From Dudresnaya verticillata (taxonomy: Eukaryota): DNA of 64,000 nucleotides. Under the pieces are notes generated by a model. That model was not told the DNA's origin, made no database searches, and saw only the letters and a program-made list of their open reading frames with translations. Shown here piece after piece: positions 60,440 through 64,000 of this stretch. The stretch spans positions 1,240,001 through 1,304,000 of the forward strand of contig OZ374563.1 of the NCBI GenBank assembly GCA_977862235.1, read 5' to 3'. The translations under genes were made by a program, and so were the position numbers. The first letter of the stretch is position 1, and every line of letters starts with the position of its first letter.

Positions 60440-60593
60440 CGTCGTTGTCTTGTGCGGAAGCGCGCTGGTCCATATGTACCGACAGTGAGAACAAGGGAAG
60501 ATGTGTACGTATACATGGCCATGGTTGCTGTAACTGTAGAATACTAAAAGATGATGTAATGACTCTATCACCATCACTGCTTGTGCAGAGCAG

Positions 60594-61872
60594 TTAATCC
60601 CAAATCCTTACCTCATTCTTCCCTTGCCAGTTGCGACATGCCCTGAACATCCCCATGGAGTTGAAATCCATGACGATTTCTCCTGATGGCGTTACACATA
60701 CAAAACCACCCGTATCGGCCGGGAATACCTGATGCACGACGTCGTAAACTGCGTCCTTGACCGACGCTCCGCCATACTCTACAGCGAAACACACTCTGCT
60801 TGCTGCACTCAACCTGATAAACTGTTCCCCCCATCCAGTTCCGCTCACGGCACAAGACTTGTTTGACGCATAGGAACCAGCGCCGATTAGCGGGGTATCC
60901 CCAATTCGACCTTCCCATTTGTTCGTTACACCGCCAGTTGACGTCACACAGGCGACATTGCCTTGCCCATCACAAACGGTAGCCCCCACAGTTTCACCTT
61001 CACCGCCCACGAACTGTTTATCACTCTTCGGGTCTACTGCAGCATCTCGCGGGTTCGGCTGGCTTGCCGAGTTGCCGCCAGCATCGAAAGCCTTAGTGAC
61101 CGTCCCAGCTGTATGGTCCAGGAGCGCTTCCTGACGAGCTTGAGCTTTCGCAAGACTCGACTTTCGGCGGTCAGTGATAAACCAAGTTGGTTCCTGACGT
61201 GCTATCAACGAAGAGAACTTGTCAGCGTAGCGTTCTGCTGCGGCGAACCCCAAGAACTGAAAATCAGCATTTCTGTAGATCAAAGCAGCCAATCTCGCAG
61301 GATGCACAACAGTGCGCACTGCTCCGGTTCTCAAACATGTGTTTGAGACTGGTTAGCAGCGAAATGGAAAGACTCATGGCAGCGCAGAAAATGTTCTGTT
61401 TAGCACTTACATCCGCAAGCTGCCCCGGTCCGCATCGAGCTTCCGTCCATAACTGAAGCCTCATTCTCCACAAAGGCTCTAGAATTTAGGACAGCACCTC
61501 TTCCTATATCGTGGCGTCGGACGCAGGGTCAGAGAGGGGTACGAGATCATCGATACCGTAAGACTTCTCGACGCGTTCCACTGTTTCCATGCACGAAGTA
61601 GTCGTTCTTGCCTACTCACCTGCATTGAATAATGGACATGTCTCCATGGACTCAACGGCTGCAAGAGCGGCAGCGACAGCAGTGGGAAGAAACTCGACGT
61701 TAACGGCATCCCAGGGGGCCGCCATGTCACTTCCTTGTCCGGAATCGAGCACCGTGTACGCGGCATCGATCGCCGAGCTTAATGCCTGCTCGTAAGGTCG
61801 AGGCAATGTGCTCTTCGAGATGGCGCCTGCCCCTCCGTGTAGGGCTATTGCCCACCGCCCGGAAGGTGGCAT
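60594..61872 (-). CDS. Isoaspartyl peptidase / L-asparaginase (Ntn-hydrolase), 3 exons: 61872-61620, 61503-61411, 61318-60594
   Basis: IALHGGAG, FNAG|RGAVLN...EASVMDG, ETVGA (nucleophilic Thr), TSTGG..NK..GRIGDTP and SGTGWGE motifs. Introns GTGAGT...ATAG (116 bp) and GTAAGT...GCAG (92 bp) have CTGAC/CTAAC branch-like sites and restore the frame. Confidence 0.92.
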
Positions 61873-62219
61873 GATGCTTGGGATGACTTCGGAGTAAGCT
61901 TTCCACGTAGATGTGAGCAGATCCGTGGACGGTCGTGCTTTCAGCTTCGTTGATATGTTCAAAAACCTCCCGTGAAAGAGATGACAGATGCAAGAAGGGA
62001 TAAGGCGAAAATAATCTCAACTGGCAGTTACTGGCTCGTGGTTGAATGGGTGACTTGGCTGCAGCGCTAGCATTGATTATGTTCCAACCCACTCGCGAGC
62101 GTGCCACAATGGTGGCACGTGCGGTGCCAGCGGTTTGTCAGAACCGCCGAAGTCTATCAGCATTACGCACGAGTAATTCAATGCAGTTTGTCACACCTTT
62201 CCTGCTGATTGGTTATTGG

Positions 62220-64000
62220 TTACTGCTGCTTGCTTTTTGTGCGAAGCGCGTTGATCTTATTCATCACCTGTTTCTGTTCCGGGAAGTCCGGGGGCAATAG
62301 GCCTTGAGCGTCGCGAAAGAAGTCAACAAAGTCCTTGTACATATACCTTGGTTTTGGTCGCTTGATCTCGGGAATCTTCAGATACTGCTCATGCATATCC
62401 GTGATCTTCTTGCTGTACAGAGGATTCATTCGTGACCTGCCACTAGATGCATTTTGCGGGTCTTCTTCATAGGAAACAATAGGCGTACCATCCTTTCCGA
62501 TCATATAGAAGCGCTCGATATTTTTTCCGGCCTGATACAGCTTGTACCAGTATTGAAGCCTTCTCTCACTCGGAATATCACTTTTTTCCGGATGTCGAGA
62601 GCGGAGGATGTTCTGCAGTTCAGCAGGACTGACTTCTTGCCCTTCTTCCCGTGAATCTAAGAGCTTAATCACTTCAGACCGGTACTGAACAGCAGCTGCG
62701 TTCTCAACAAGGCCTTCTAGCATTGATGAGCGACGTCGGACTACTGGCTGTCGAGCCCACCCGAACACTAAGCTCCGAACAGTAAACTTTGCTGGCCCTC
62801 TAAAGTCAAGTGCTGATAATGATAGCTGGTCGGAAGCGTCACGGAAGACAGGAAGCTTGCCGACTCGTAACATTTCAGAAACAACAACACTTGCTCGAGC
62901 AGAGACATCCTTATCCACAGGCGGGCCTTTGCAGGCATGAGATCTTAGGCAGCTTTCGTTCTTGAAGCTCCGTTTGCAGCCTGAGCAGGTTGGGCCAGCC
63001 GTAATACTGCCGACAACGTTAGAGCCCTCTTCTTCCGGGACAGACTGCTTGTCGTCTTCAACATCACCACGTGCGACCGAGTACAGCTCTCTCATCGTAT
63101 CCGCAACCACTCCTCCAGTCACCCCATCCTCTTCTGCTGTCTTCCATTGCTGAAATGGCTTCAGCCTTTGCGCACAAATGCTCACCCTTACACCTGTAAC
63201 AGAACCAATCCAGGCTGCGCCTTGCAGTGATCCCATCCTTCTACCTTCAAGCTGTACATGTGCCCGTAGAACATTCAGCATCGAATCCTTTATCTCGAGG
63301 GATTGACCTTTACCAATCCCCGCATAATCATGAAGCCGTGCGATGACGCTGAGATTCCCCATGTCGCCTGAAGGATGGGCATCAGAGGCCGTCCATGCTT
63401 GGTACACAACGTCATTCTTGTGCCCAATGGATGGAAACATGGAGGCATCACTCTGCAAAGAGTTGGAAAATACATCATACTCGGGACCGAGGACAATGAG
63501 CTGGGCACCCATGCTCGCAAGACTTTGCTGCGTGTTGACACCGTGGACTATCTGCTCGGGGTTAACAACATTTTCAGGCAGAAACCTGCCTACAACGCCA
63601 AACTGGGCCTCTGTGAGGAACTGACAGACCTGAGAGCATGAGTAGATATACCTGGCTGCTCGAAAACCTGCACTCCTCGCTAAATGGGGAAGCAACGAAG
63701 GCAGGATGTGGTTCTTATAGCTGGGAGAGTTGTCACTGACAAACACCACTTCAGTTGCGCGAGGGAGATCCGCATGAATGCGATGGAGCAGCGCTTCCAA
63801 TACAAATGCCACGACTCTCAAATCTTTGTCGCGATCATTGCAAACCACATGGTTATAAAACAAAGTTTCAAAGTCTGATCCTGATTGATCTCCACCATTC
63901 GCCAAAGAGAAGACAACGCTGCCATGAATGCTGACGTCTTCCAGAGCAGGCGGGACGTGGGTTTGGGTTTTGTCGTCACGCAAGACGTCAGCATAGCTTG
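62220..64000 (-). CDS. Uncharacterised protein, 5'-partial, with a zinc-finger-like motif; possibly transposase-derived
   Basis: Frame appears open to the window edge (over 587 aa). VFVSDNSPSYKN resembles a DDE second-Asp context, CSGCKRSF...LRSHAC is zinc-finger-like, and the C-terminus looks helical. Confidence 0.7.
   Translation of the reverse strand, partial: SYADVLRDDKTQTHVPPALEDVSIHGSVVFSLANGGDQSGSDFETLFYNHVVCNDRDKDLRVVAFVLEALLHRIHADLPRATEVVFVSDNSPSYKNHILPSLLPHLARSAGFRAARYIYSCSQVCQFLTEAQFGVVGRFLPENVVNPEQIVHGVNTQQSLASMGAQLIVLGPEYDVFSNSLQSDASMFPSIGHKNDVVYQAWTASDAHPSGDMGNLSVIARLHDYAGIGKGQSLEIKDSMLNVLRAHVQLEGRRMGSLQGAAWIGSVTGVRVSICAQRLKPFQQWKTAEEDGVTGGVVADTMRELYSVARGDVEDDKQSVPEEEGSNVVGSITAGPTCSGCKRSFKNESCLRSHACKGPPVDKDVSARASVVVSEMLRVGKLPVFRDASDQLSLSALDFRGPAKFTVRSLVFGWARQPVVRRRSSMLEGLVENAAAVQYRSEVIKLLDSREEGQEVSPAELQNILRSRHPEKSDIPSERRLQYWYKLYQAGKNIERFYMIGKDGTPIVSYEEDPQNASSGRSRMNPLYSKKITDMHEQYLKIPEIKRPKPRYMYKDFVDFFRDAQGLLPPDFPEQKQVMNKINALRTKSKQQ

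Overview
This is eukaryotic, transposon-dense DNA, probably from a red alga (an inference from compact genes, short GT-AG introns and Ty3/Gypsy density). About 40 kb is a nest of five Ty3/Gypsy-type LTR retrotransposon copies (A-E, three with a visible integrase chromodomain) plus a solo LTR. Three insertions have exact 5-bp target-site duplications (TSDs), and all four surviving primer-binding sites (PBS) are identical (tRNA-Tyr-like). Between them (about 23.3-35.4 kb) lies an intronless four-gene cassette: orphan ORF, KDZ (Kyakuja-Dileera-Zisupton)-type transposase, PIF1 helicase and Ulp1/C48 SUMO protease. It carries at least 17 perfect copies of the palindrome GACA-N4-TGTC, mostly inside the genes, and two perfect 40-46 bp palindromes. 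This is the best candidate for an undescribed system. Other notable items: an intact 731-aa antisense ORF in retroelement B, a (CCCCTAAA)n telomere-like tract framed by a 67-bp duplication inside an LTR, and a chimeric element C with mismatched LTRs. The right end holds host genes: a TBC Rab-GAP, a two-intron isoaspartyl peptidase/asparaginase and a possibly transposase-derived protein. All calls are by eye and no database searches were run.
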